Under the pieces are notes generated by a model. That model had not been told where the DNA came from. It ran no database searches and worked only from the letters and a program-made list of their open reading frames with translations. A program made the translations under genes and the position numbers. A stretch of 64,000 nt of DNA from an uncultured delta proteobacterium (GTDB lineage Bacteria; Desulfobacterota; Desulfobacteria; Desulfobacterales; QNYZ01): contig CAWJQU010000017.1 in NCBI GenBank assembly GCA_963845145.1, positions 64,001-128,000 of the forward strand, written 5' to 3'. This document shows, piece after piece, positions 30,351 through 39,641 of the stretch. Positions within the stretch are counted from its first letter, which is position 1. Every line of letters begins with the position of its first letter.

Positions 30351-30929
30351 ATGAAGATACGAAAAATAGTCACCGTTGTAGAGGAAACGGTCCGGGAGAT
30401 GGACCGAGAAGTCACCCCGCCAAGCCGTAAAGCTGCAGCCATGGCCGTTATCACTAATCCTTTTTCCGGCCGCTATGTGGAAGATTTGACCGAGCTGATG
30501 GATACGGGCGCCGAACTGGGTAGCATGCTAGGAAAAAAATGTCTTGACGCACTCGGTATCGGCCCTGAAAAAGCCGAAAGTTATGCCAAAGCCTGTGTGG
30601 TTGGTCTCGATGGTGAGCTGGAGCACGCCGCAGCGATTATGCATCCAAAGCTGGGTAAGCCTTTTCGGGATGCCCTGGGCAGGGGGTTGGCCCTGATCCC
30701 TTCAGTCAAAAAACGTGGGCCGGCCGGATGCACCGTGGATGTTCCCATTAACCATAAGGATGCGGCCTTTGTCCGATCCCACTTTGACGGGATGACCGTT
30801 TCAGTGGAAGATGCGCCCCGGTCCGATGAACTGTTAGTTGTTCTGGTTGTAACCGATTCCGGGCGTCCGCTGGCACGGGTCGGTGGGTTGGTCCAAGAAG
30901 ATGCAAAATTTGAAGATGGTCTTCGATAA
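30351..30929 (+). CDS. DUF1185 / amino-acid-synthesis family protein
   Basis: IRKIVTVVEE, NPFSGRYVEDL, ESYAK..VG.DGELEH.AA, RSHFD, DAPR.DE. Confidence 0.88.
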   Translation: MKIRKIVTVVEETVREMDREVTPPSRKAAAMAVITNPFSGRYVEDLTELMDTGAELGSMLGKKCLDALGIGPEKAESYAKACVVGLDGELEHAAAIMHPKLGKPFRDALGRGLALIPSVKKRGPAGCTVDVPINHKDAAFVRSHFDGMTVSVEDAPRSDELLVVLVVTDSGRPLARVGGLVQEDAKFEDGLR

Positions 30930-30966
30930 AAAAATATCGTAGTTATTTAATCATTTGGAGGAAAAA

Positions 30967-32448
30967 ATGGCGGTACTTCCTGAAGTAAAACCACATTATG
31001 GAAAACTGAAGCTGCTTATCGGCGGGGAATGGGTGGATTCTCAATCAACGATTGTCAATGAGACGGTCAATCCGGCCACTGGAGAGGTCATTGCCCAGTA
31101 TCCGACGGCCACCAAGGATGAAGCGCGTGCGGCGGTGGATGCGGCCCAGCGCGGATTTGAAGCCCTGGGTAAAATCGCTCTGCGCGAACGGGCCAGAATG
31201 CTTTTTGACATGCGACAGAAATTCGAGGACCATTTTGAAGAATTGTCCCGGGTATTGACCCAGGATCATGGGCGAACCATTGGAGAATCGCGTGGTTCAG
31301 TCCGCCGCTCCATTGAAAATATCGAGTCGGCCTGTTCCGCGGCTTATGGGATGGCCGCCCGTAACGAGCATATCGACAATCTTGCCAACGGTATCGATAT
31401 GTGGCTGACCTGGGAACCCCTTGGCCCCTTTCTCATTGTGACGCCGAGTAATATTCCCATCCATGCCTGGTCCTCTTTTGTTCCTTATGCGCTGGCGGCG
31501 GGCTGTCCGGTGGTCATCAGCCCCAGCCGCCAGGATCCGGTGGCGGCTGAGTATGTCAGCAGAGTAGCAATGTCGGCCGGCTGGCCCGAAGGCGCCATTA
31601 ATGTGATCCATGGCGGTCGTGAGGTCAATCAGTACATCCTCGAACAGCCTGAGATACAAGGCCTCGGATTCATCGGTTCCACTGCAGCAGGTTGGCACCT
31701 TTTCAAAGAGTGTGGCCGGTTGGGAAAAAATTCTTCCATCAACGGCAACGGTAAAAACACCGTACTGGTGATGCCGGATGCAGACCTTAACACTGTTACA
31801 CCTTTTTTACGCCAAGGATGCTTCGGGATGACGGGCCAACGCTGTCTGGGATCCGATAACGTCGTGGTTATCGGAGACATCTACGATGACTTCAAAGAGC
31901 GTTTCGTTGCCGAAGCCAAGGCCATGAAAATGGGTTACGGTCTGGATGATGGGACTTCCATGGGGCCATACTGCACCGCCGCTTACCGGGACAACGCCGC
32001 CAAATGGGTAGACACCGCCCTGTCCGAGGGCGCTACCATGGTCCATGATGGCCGGGCGCTGCCCACGGAACTTTCCAAGGGTTTTTTCATGGGGCCGACC
32101 ATAGTTGAAAACGTTCATCCCGACATGAACGCGGCTAAAGAAGAGGCCTTCGGTGCCGTGGCCGGATTGATTCGGGCCGACAGTCTTGAACAGGCCATCG
32201 AATGGATCAATACCAAAACCGACCTGGGCCATTCCGCCTGTATCATGACGGAAAGCGGCCGCCATGCGCGCAAGTTCGCCCGCGAAGTCAACGTGGGCAA
32301 CGTGGGAATCAATGTAGGGGTCCCCCAACCCTACGCCTTTTTCCCACTGGGATCCAAAAGAAAATCATTTATGGGAGGCGCCAAGAGCCGGATGGCATCC
32401 ATGAGGCTCTTTCTGGATGAAAAGACAGTAACCGCAAGATGGGTGTAA
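30967..32448 (+). CDS. CoA-acylating aldehyde dehydrogenase, methylmalonate-semialdehyde-dehydrogenase-like
   Basis: FIGST, GKN with no general-base ELGG, FGMTGQRCL, EEAFG, VGINVGVPQPYAFFP; GGAGG RBS before 30967. Confidence 0.8.
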   Translation: MAVLPEVKPHYGKLKLLIGGEWVDSQSTIVNETVNPATGEVIAQYPTATKDEARAAVDAAQRGFEALGKIALRERARMLFDMRQKFEDHFEELSRVLTQDHGRTIGESRGSVRRSIENIESACSAAYGMAARNEHIDNLANGIDMWLTWEPLGPFLIVTPSNIPIHAWSSFVPYALAAGCPVVISPSRQDPVAAEYVSRVAMSAGWPEGAINVIHGGREVNQYILEQPEIQGLGFIGSTAAGWHLFKECGRLGKNSSINGNGKNTVLVMPDADLNTVTPFLRQGCFGMTGQRCLGSDNVVVIGDIYDDFKERFVAEAKAMKMGYGLDDGTSMGPYCTAAYRDNAAKWVDTALSEGATMVHDGRALPTELSKGFFMGPTIVENVHPDMNAAKEEAFGAVAGLIRADSLEQAIEWINTKTDLGHSACIMTESGRHARKFAREVNVGNVGINVGVPQPYAFFPLGSKRKSFMGGAKSRMASMRLFLDEKTVTARWV

Positions 32449-32550
32449 GTGAAAAAGGCGCCCGGCTGGTCTGGGCCATGCCCACAAATTAATGGTATTT
32501 GTTGGGCAAGTCCTGACGGCTTTCTTTATAACTGGAAGTGAGAACACTTG

Positions 32551-33240
32551 ATGAAAGTTCTATCAATCGCGGATATTGCCCGTCGCCACATTGAAGAGGC
32601 AATCATAAAAGGAAACTTGAAACCGGGCGCGCAAATCAAGGAGGAACATATCGCCTCTTTTTTGGAAATCAGCCGCCCCCCTATCCGTGAAGCGTTCAAA
32701 CACCTCGAAGTAGAAGGACTGGTCGTCAGAAAACCCCGGCGCGGCGTTTTTGTCGCCGAAACAACCATCCAGGACGTGTGGGAAATTTATACGCTTAAAG
32801 CGGAGCTGTACAGCTTTTCAATTCATCTTTGTTTTGACCGGATTACCGATTCGGACGTCCGCCGGATGGAAGTACTGTTGAGAGAAATGGAAACGTGTGT
32901 GCAAGCTGAACAGTCCGATATCTTTTCCTATCAGGAACTTAATACCCGCTTTCATAATGTGCATGTGGATGCCGCCGGGCATCGCCGGATCAAACAAATG
33001 CTTCACATGCTGCATAATCAAATCAGGCACTTTAGCTACAATAGCCTGTCCAACAATACGTATTTACAAAAAAGTCTTAATTATCATCACAACATTTTTC
33101 AAGCATTTTACGAACGTGATCTGGCGGCGGCAATTAAATGGTCACGTGAACATGTACTTGTTGGATTGAAAAAACTGCAAAAGAACTCAGGCGACTCTTT
33201 TACGAAACCCGATATTAATTCGACCCGTCAGACTGGCTGA
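32551..33240 (+). CDS. GntR-family regulator (FCD domain)
   Basis: LKPG.QIKE...ISRPPIREAF..LE.EGLV...PRRG; NTRFH, EH. Confidence 0.92.
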   Translation: MKVLSIADIARRHIEEAIIKGNLKPGAQIKEEHIASFLEISRPPIREAFKHLEVEGLVVRKPRRGVFVAETTIQDVWEIYTLKAELYSFSIHLCFDRITDSDVRRMEVLLREMETCVQAEQSDIFSYQELNTRFHNVHVDAAGHRRIKQMLHMLHNQIRHFSYNSLSNNTYLQKSLNYHHNIFQAFYERDLAAAIKWSREHVLVGLKKLQKNSGDSFTKPDINSTRQTG

Positions 33241-33245
33241 TTAAA

Positions 33246-34759
33246 ATGAAGATCAATACAGATAAATGTAACGGCTGCGGGCTGTGCGCCAGAGATTGCC
33301 CCCTGGCTGTTATCCTCCTTGAGGAAAAAAAGGCAGCCATTAAAAAGGGATGTGTCGAGTGCCGCACCTGTATGAAAGTTTGTCCCCAGCAGGCAGTCGA
33401 TGACATTCAAACTCCGGTGCCCGGAATGATAACCTGCACATGCTGTCCGGTGGCCTGCCAAATTCCTGAGGATCGAACCGGTGCCTGCCGCCGTTTTGCC
33501 AACCAGAAGGGGCTGCTTGTTCGCGTTCAACCGCTTTTAACCTATAAGGATGTGGCCGGCGATCTTTTACCCGAACCGGAACCTCGAATAAATAAGCCGA
33601 TTATTACGGCTATTGGCGCCGGTGGGACCTACCCTGACTACGTGCCCGCGCCTTACATTGTTTCCGATAAAATAGACGGTATTGACGTGGTCACCGTGGT
33701 GACAGAAGTTCCGCTCTCCTATTCCGGCGTCAAAGTCAAAATAGACACGGATTTGCCGGTGGGATCTGAGGGGGCAAAAATCAAATTCGATGGACGCACC
33801 GTCGGGATGGTGGAGACCGAGGAGTATGGGTCCAAGATGCTGGCCATTGGCGGAGTGAATCGGTTTACCGGAAAAGCAGGGTTTGCTGCTGCACGCGCAG
33901 TGGCAGCCATTGCCAATCGTGAAGCCGTGTCGCTTTCAGTTCAAAAGGGAGCCAAGCTCGATGTTCAGGTGGGGCAGGCCCCGGTCGTAAATGGAGTAAA
34001 AGCGGCCAAAATGCGCGTCGGTTGCGGATCGGCCACCGCCGGCTTGTTCGCCAGGTTTTTCGAAAAAGCGGCAGACGACGTGATTGTTCTGGATGCGCAT
34101 ATCACTTCCCTTTTCAGCCATCACACGGCCGGTCGTTTCCTGGGCAAAAAGCCTTCGGGCATAGAGTTAGTTTACCCTGTCTCCACTCCCGGCCGCTACT
34201 TCGGAAGACACGGAGATGGATGGGGGGGACCGATATCCAAGATCCTTTGGATATCGTGGCAACGGTAAATACCCGCTTGACACCCCCCGGCAATACCTTG
34301 CTCATTACCGAGACAACCGGCGAAAACGCGGCCATGTTCCGATTAGGCGATGAGGGTCGTTTCGATCCAATTGAAATAAGTCAACAGGCCCGCTTAGCTG
34401 TTGCCGTCATCGCCGAAACGTGCCAGGAATCCAAGGTGTCGGCCCTTTTCGTAGGTGGTGCGGGAGGTTCGGCCCGGGCCGGTGTTGTTAAATACCCGTT
34501 ACGTCTGACCCGGGCGGTCCACGACCGCAAAGCCGTTTTGACCTGTGGCGGAGCGCCGGTTTTTGTATTGCCGGGCGGTGGCATCACCTTCTATGTGGAT
34601 GTCGAACAGGTTCGCACAGGTGCATTTACCTGGGTTCCCACCCCTGCCAGCGTCGCCCCGGTGGAGTATACTATGCGCTTGAAAGATTATAAAAGTATAG
34701 GTGGTCATGTTGAAGCAATGCAGCCATTTTCGGCCCTAGAACCCAAACCATTTTTCTAA
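33246..34759 (+). CDS. hnr: 6-hydroxynicotinate reductase, split by a 1-nt frameshift in the G7 run at 34222-34228
   Basis: 2x[4Fe-4S] domain, CTCCPVAC-x9-C, VVTVVTE.PLSYSG, TEEYGSKM, MRVGCGSAT, STPGRYFG; continues in another frame GGTDIQDP...GGAGGSARAGV...PGGGI.F.VD...WVPTPA.VAPVEYTM. Confidence 0.9.
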
Positions 34760-34780
34760 CACAAGGGAAAAGGAGAAACT

Positions 34781-35854
34781 ATGAAAACGAGAAGAAGTGA
34801 TCTGAAAACTTTATTCATCTTGGTCTTATTATCCGTCCTTTTTATTGGTTTAAATCCATATCCGGCTGATGCCGATTCCGAAATCAATCTGAAGTTCAGT
34901 ACTTGGCATCCTCCGGCCGGTCGGGAGGTAAAAACCGTCTGGATTCCTATGCTCGAAGAGTTGAAAAAAAGATCCAACGGCCGTATCACCTACACCCTTT
35001 ATGCCGGTGGTGCCCTGGGAAAAGGCCCGGAGCATTTTGATATCGTTAAAAATGGACTGTCGGATATGGGCTATTTTACCGCCACCTGGACACCGGGACG
35101 CTTCCCGATGGCCGACATTCTTTCGCTGGCCACACCCGTTAAAGGGAAAGACACCGCTGCACGGATCGGTAACAGCATGTTAGAACAAAACCCGGCGATT
35201 CAAAAGGAGTTCCAAGGTGTGAAGGTTTTGGAACTAAATGGTTGTATTTCCGCCTATTTATGGACCAAGAAACCGGTGCGGAGCCTAGCCGACTGCAAAG
35301 GGTTAAAGATCCGCTCGCCTGGAGGGTTTCAAACCAATTATATTAAAGCCCTTGGTGCCGAGCCGGTCTTCATGCCGTTGGGAGATGTCTATCTGGCACT
35401 TGAAACCGGTACGATCGACGGTTTGGTTACCTGTCCGCCTCTGGTGTTGGCCTTCAAACTGCATGAGGTTGCCAAATACGGTGTTATCTCCACTTTCGGG
35501 TGTGTCACCGAAGGGGTGGTCATGAACCAGAAAAGCTGGGATAAGATGGCCCCCGACCTGCAGAAAATAGTGACAGAGGTCGTATCCAATCCCTTCCATA
35601 CAACTCACGGTTTAAACAATGATGTTTACGCCCAGATGATGAAAGATATTGCCGCCAAAGGTGTTGATCTTTACGAACTACCGGACGAAGAACAGACCAA
35701 GTGGTTCGAGGGATTTACCACGGTTACCGAGACCTGGATCAAGGATATGACCGCAAAGGGACTACCCGCAGAGGACGCCGTTAAGTTATACTCACGGGTT
35801 GTTAAGGGGGAGGGATTGACCTGTGATGTCATTCCCCCCGCTTTGCAGGAATAG
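34781..35854 (+). CDS. dctP: TRAP transporter substrate-binding protein
   Basis: Signal peptide, GLKIRSPG, VYLALETGTIDG, MNQKSWDKM. Confidence 0.92.
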   Translation: MKTRRSDLKTLFILVLLSVLFIGLNPYPADADSEINLKFSTWHPPAGREVKTVWIPMLEELKKRSNGRITYTLYAGGALGKGPEHFDIVKNGLSDMGYFTATWTPGRFPMADILSLATPVKGKDTAARIGNSMLEQNPAIQKEFQGVKVLELNGCISAYLWTKKPVRSLADCKGLKIRSPGGFQTNYIKALGAEPVFMPLGDVYLALETGTIDGLVTCPPLVLAFKLHEVAKYGVISTFGCVTEGVVMNQKSWDKMAPDLQKIVTEVVSNPFHTTHGLNNDVYAQMMKDIAAKGVDLYELPDEEQTKWFEGFTTVTETWIKDMTAKGLPAEDAVKLYSRVVKGEGLTCDVIPPALQE

Positions 35855-35890
35855 CCACCACCCGGATGCAATCATTGCTTGAGAGGGACC

Positions 35891-36379
35891 ATGATAACAA
35901 GATTTCAATTCAAGGAATATTTACAGAAAACAACACGAGTGCTCTGTTATGTGGGCATGGTCCTTCTCATTCCGATGATGCTTTTAACCACAGGTGAGGT
36001 GTTGGGCCGGGCTATATGGAGCAAGCCCATACCCGGTACCATGGAGATATCCAGCTATATGCTGGCCATTTTTGTTTTGCTCGGTGTCGCTTATACCCAT
36101 CAGGTCAAGGGACACGTCCGGGTGGAGATGTTTATTAAATGGCTGCCACGCCAGGTGAGGAATAGCCTTGATGTTGTGACCACGCTACTCAGCCTCTTTA
36201 TTGTGATTATTTTAGCCTGGCAGGGGTGGATTTTGGGTATGGAAGAAAAAGCTGTCAGCGACATGTTAAGGGTACCGCAGTGGCCTTTTAAATTCCTCGT
36301 TTTTGTTGCGGCGACTGCTTTGACCTTGGAATTGGTTATCGACCTGGCTGAGGCCGGAAAGCGTCTATTCGGGAGATAA
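35891..36379 (+). CDS. dctQ: TRAP transporter small permease
   Basis: 4 TM, GHVRVEM, between dctP and dctM. Confidence 0.9.
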   Translation: MITRFQFKEYLQKTTRVLCYVGMVLLIPMMLLTTGEVLGRAIWSKPIPGTMEISSYMLAIFVLLGVAYTHQVKGHVRVEMFIKWLPRQVRNSLDVVTTLLSLFIVIILAWQGWILGMEEKAVSDMLRVPQWPFKFLVFVAATALTLELVIDLAEAGKRLFGR

Positions 36380-36382
36380 GGT

Positions 36383-37690
36383 TTGGATCCTATCATCATT
36401 GGAATAATCGGCACTTTTTTTGTTTTTGGGCTGCTGTTCGTGGGGATGCCCATCGCCTATGCGCTGATGCTAGTGGGCTTTTTGGGGGTAAGTTATTTAA
36501 CCAGCTTTGGCGCGGCTTTGCCGATGGTCGCCAGTACGGTATACGAGGTCGCCTCATATTATCCCTACACGGTCATTCCTCTTTTTATCGTTATGGGAGG
36601 TTTTGCGGGAACCTCCGGAATGACCAAAAACCTGTACAGTGCTTTTGAAAAATGGTTTAGACCCCTCCCCGGCGGCTTAGCCATCGCCACGATTGGTGCC
36701 TGTGCTGGATTTGCAGCAGTCTCCGGCTCGTCGGTGGCTACGGCAGCTACTTTGGGAACAGTGGCAATGCCGGAAATGAATCGTTTTAAATACTCCCCCT
36801 ATTTATCAACCGGTAGTATTGCCGCCGGAGGTACTTTGGGGTTTCTGATTCCGCCATCCATTGGATTCGTCGTTTACGGTATGTTAACCGAGCAATCCAT
36901 CGGAAAACTGCTGGTGGCCGGAATGGTTCCCGGTATCGCCCTGGCGTTGGCCTATATTCTGATCGTCATTTTGATGGTCAAAATTAATCCTACGTTGGCT
37001 CCTGTGAGTTTGGATCCAGTATCATGGCAAGGGAAATTACAGTCATTAGTGGGGATATGGGAGCCACTTCTTATTTTTTTAGTCGTCATGGGGGGTATAT
37101 ACGGTGGTTTTTTCACACCCACTGAAGCCGGGGCTATCGGAGCAACAATCCTATTTTCGGCGGCTCTGATCAAAGGTAAGCTCACATTGAATATTCTAGT
37201 AGGAGCGTTGCAAGAAGCGGTACGCATTTCGATCATGGTTTTGTTTCTCGTAGCCGGAGCCAACGTATTCAGCTATTTTCTGGCACTGTCGACAATCCCA
37301 ATGCGTGCCGCCGGCTGGGCCGCATCGCTTCAAGTTTCGCCCTACGTGATCCTTGCAGTAATTATCACGATCTACCTGCTTCTCGGCTGTCTTTTGGACG
37401 CCATTTCAATGATGGTCCTGACAATGCCGGTTGTTTTTCCAGTGATCGAATCCCTTAATTTTCATCCGGTTTGGTTCGGGGTTATCTCAGTTTTAATGAT
37501 GGAGGCCGGCCTTATTACCCCCCCAATGGGGCTTAATATATATACCGTCGCCGGGGTGGCCGGTGATGTACCTGTTGAGACGATTTTCAAAGGCGTCACT
37601 CCTTTTCTAATCGCTATCATCGGAATTGTCCTGCTCGTTACTATTTTCCCGCAAATGGCCCTTTTTTTGCCTGAGATGATGCTGAGGTAA
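36383..37690 (+). CDS. dctM: TRAP transporter large permease
   Basis: IPLFI.MG, SGSSVAT, GGTLGFLIPPS, GLITPPMGLN. Confidence 0.95.
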   Translation: MDPIIIGIIGTFFVFGLLFVGMPIAYALMLVGFLGVSYLTSFGAALPMVASTVYEVASYYPYTVIPLFIVMGGFAGTSGMTKNLYSAFEKWFRPLPGGLAIATIGACAGFAAVSGSSVATAATLGTVAMPEMNRFKYSPYLSTGSIAAGGTLGFLIPPSIGFVVYGMLTEQSIGKLLVAGMVPGIALALAYILIVILMVKINPTLAPVSLDPVSWQGKLQSLVGIWEPLLIFLVVMGGIYGGFFTPTEAGAIGATILFSAALIKGKLTLNILVGALQEAVRISIMVLFLVAGANVFSYFLALSTIPMRAAGWAASLQVSPYVILAVIITIYLLLGCLLDAISMMVLTMPVVFPVIESLNFHPVWFGVISVLMMEAGLITPPMGLNIYTVAGVAGDVPVETIFKGVTPFLIAIIGIVLLVTIFPQMALFLPEMMLR

Positions 37691-37763
37691 GCGTAATGGA
37701 TCGTATTTAAGCTGTTAATAATCAACATGTTTTACACTTCACAACGATATTAAGGAGGTAAAA

Positions 37764-38468
37764 ATGCGTACTTTGAATGCTTTCATTTTAACAGTGATTA
37801 TTGGAGGACTCATTATGGCTACATCCTCTACATCGATAGCGGCAGAAGGAAAAACGGCCGTCATTGTGGTTGATCTACAGGGTGATTTCACTACATTTAA
37901 GAATGGATCACTGGCGGTTGATGGTACGGATGAAGCATTTGTTGCTAAAGTAAAAGAAGTAACCAAAACGCTTAGCGATAAAGGATATCCCATCTACGGC
38001 ACCCAGGACTGGCATCCGGCTGAGCATGTTTCCTTTTTTTCAAACCATGATGGCAAAAAACCCTTTGAAGCGATCGAAATCGGTGGGCATACGCAGGTGC
38101 TCTGGCCGCCTCATTGTGTTCAGGGAACGGAAAATGCCCGGGTATTGGTGGATAACAATCTATTTATAGCGATCGTTAAAAAGGGTAAGGATAAGCGCTA
38201 TGACAGCTATTCCGGATTTCAGGACGACGGTGGAGATAAAACGGAGATGAACCAGATCTTGAAACGAAACGGGATCACCGATCTGATTATTTATGGTATC
38301 GCCACGGATTATTGCGTGAAAGCAACGGCGATGGATGCGGTAGCCGCAGGGTTTAAAGTCACCGTGATTGAGTCATTGTGCAAGGGGGTAGCACCGGATA
38401 CAACGACCAGCGCACTAAAAGAGATGATAGCCGCTGGTATCACTATTAACAAGGATTTAGAAATGTAG
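37764..38468 (+). CDS. pncA: Nicotinamidase/pyrazinamidase with N-terminal signal peptide
   Basis: VDLQGDF, GSLAV, TQDWHP..H.SF, LWPPHCVQGT, KG...DSYSGF, GIATDYCV. Confidence 0.93.
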   Translation: MRTLNAFILTVIIGGLIMATSSTSIAAEGKTAVIVVDLQGDFTTFKNGSLAVDGTDEAFVAKVKEVTKTLSDKGYPIYGTQDWHPAEHVSFFSNHDGKKPFEAIEIGGHTQVLWPPHCVQGTENARVLVDNNLFIAIVKKGKDKRYDSYSGFQDDGGDKTEMNQILKRNGITDLIIYGIATDYCVKATAMDAVAAGFKVTVIESLCKGVAPDTTTSALKEMIAAGITINKDLEM

Positions 38469-38474
38469 GCCGTT

Positions 38475-39329
38475 ATGGATCCAATTCAGCCGGTCGTACA
38501 GGTAGTTGCTGAAGATCTGGTCCTGGTAGACTGGGGCCCCATGACCTTGACTGTTTCAGTTTGGCGAAAGGGCCAGGCCCGGCCCGTTATTGCGGCAAAA
38601 GTATCCCGCGCCGCTCTTTTCCACCTGCAGACGTTATCTGCGTTCCAGGGCTACCTTAAGCGGAACGTCTCTGTCCTCCCTATCGATCGGCCTCTGCCAA
38701 GCGTGGTTGAAAGGGCATTTGTCGCCGTCCGGAGTATATCCGAGGATTTAACCCCGCTGGCCGCGGTTGCCGGAGCTGTTGCTGACGAGGTGGCAGCCCG
38801 GGCCATCGATCTGGGGGCTGATCGGGTGATTGTCAACAACGGCGGGGATATTGCTGTTAGAGTCAATACCGGGGAGCGCGTAGTCGTAGGGTTAAAGCTT
38901 CCCGGTTCAGACAACTTGTTCGGACAACTTCACGTGGAGGGCGGATCCGGCATTGGTGGTGTGGCATCCAGTGGGTGGGCTGGTAGAAGCCATTCGCCTG
39001 GGGTGGCTGATATGGTCACAGTCTGGGGCTGTAGCGCCGGACTCGCCGATGCAGCCGCGACCTTTATTGCCGGCAAAACGGTTGTTTATAGTAAAAATAT
39101 CCAACAAACCCGGGCCTGCGAGTTGGACTCACTTTCCGATTTGGGTGATACCTTTGTCACTGAAACCGTTGGCAGGTTGACATCTGCTAAACGGTTGGAG
39201 GCGCTTGACCAGGGAGTCTCTGCGGCGGAAAGGATATATGAAAAGGGTCTTCTACGTGGGTACATGCTTCATGTTCAAGGTGAAACCATTCTAATGGATC
39301 CGGATGCTATGATGAAAATAAGTGATTGA
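38475..39329 (+). CDS. UPF0280 / ApbE-like flavin transferase family protein
   Basis: TPLAAVAGAVAD, VNNGGDIA, GVASSGWAGRSHSPGVAD.VTV, ADAAAT; no signal peptide. Confidence 0.85.
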   Translation: MDPIQPVVQVVAEDLVLVDWGPMTLTVSVWRKGQARPVIAAKVSRAALFHLQTLSAFQGYLKRNVSVLPIDRPLPSVVERAFVAVRSISEDLTPLAAVAGAVADEVAARAIDLGADRVIVNNGGDIAVRVNTGERVVVGLKLPGSDNLFGQLHVEGGSGIGGVASSGWAGRSHSPGVADMVTVWGCSAGLADAAATFIAGKTVVYSKNIQQTRACELDSLSDLGDTFVTETVGRLTSAKRLEALDQGVSAAERIYEKGLLRGYMLHVQGETILMDPDAMMKISD

Positions 39330-39641
39330 TGACTTATACCCTTCAACCTTCACCACCATTTGGAATATTTTAAGGTACTCATCAAAAACGGCTTTGCTTG
39401 TTGCCTTGAGTCCAGCCTGAAAAAGATCCTTCTCTTTAAAGTCCATTACCTGCGGCTAACCCCTATATTTTTCCCGTGTAGCGATAATGATAAACATTCG
39501 TTTCCCCAGATACTGTATCAATTAAGAATACCAAGCCAACAGAATCGAGAAACCTGATTTTAATTGATGTCATTCCTGGAGCGTGCTAGGGTTTAATACA
39601 CCTTATTTTTACCGAATAGGACCGGTTTGAATTAACAAAAG

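Noticed and set aside
33246..34759. Two separate genes (ferredoxin-like plus hypothetical)
   Set aside because: They are consecutive halves of one Hnr joined at the G7 tract.
39330..39560. Small ORF or gene remnant at the right edge of the nicotinate cluster
   Set aside because: No recognisable motif or RBS in either orientation.
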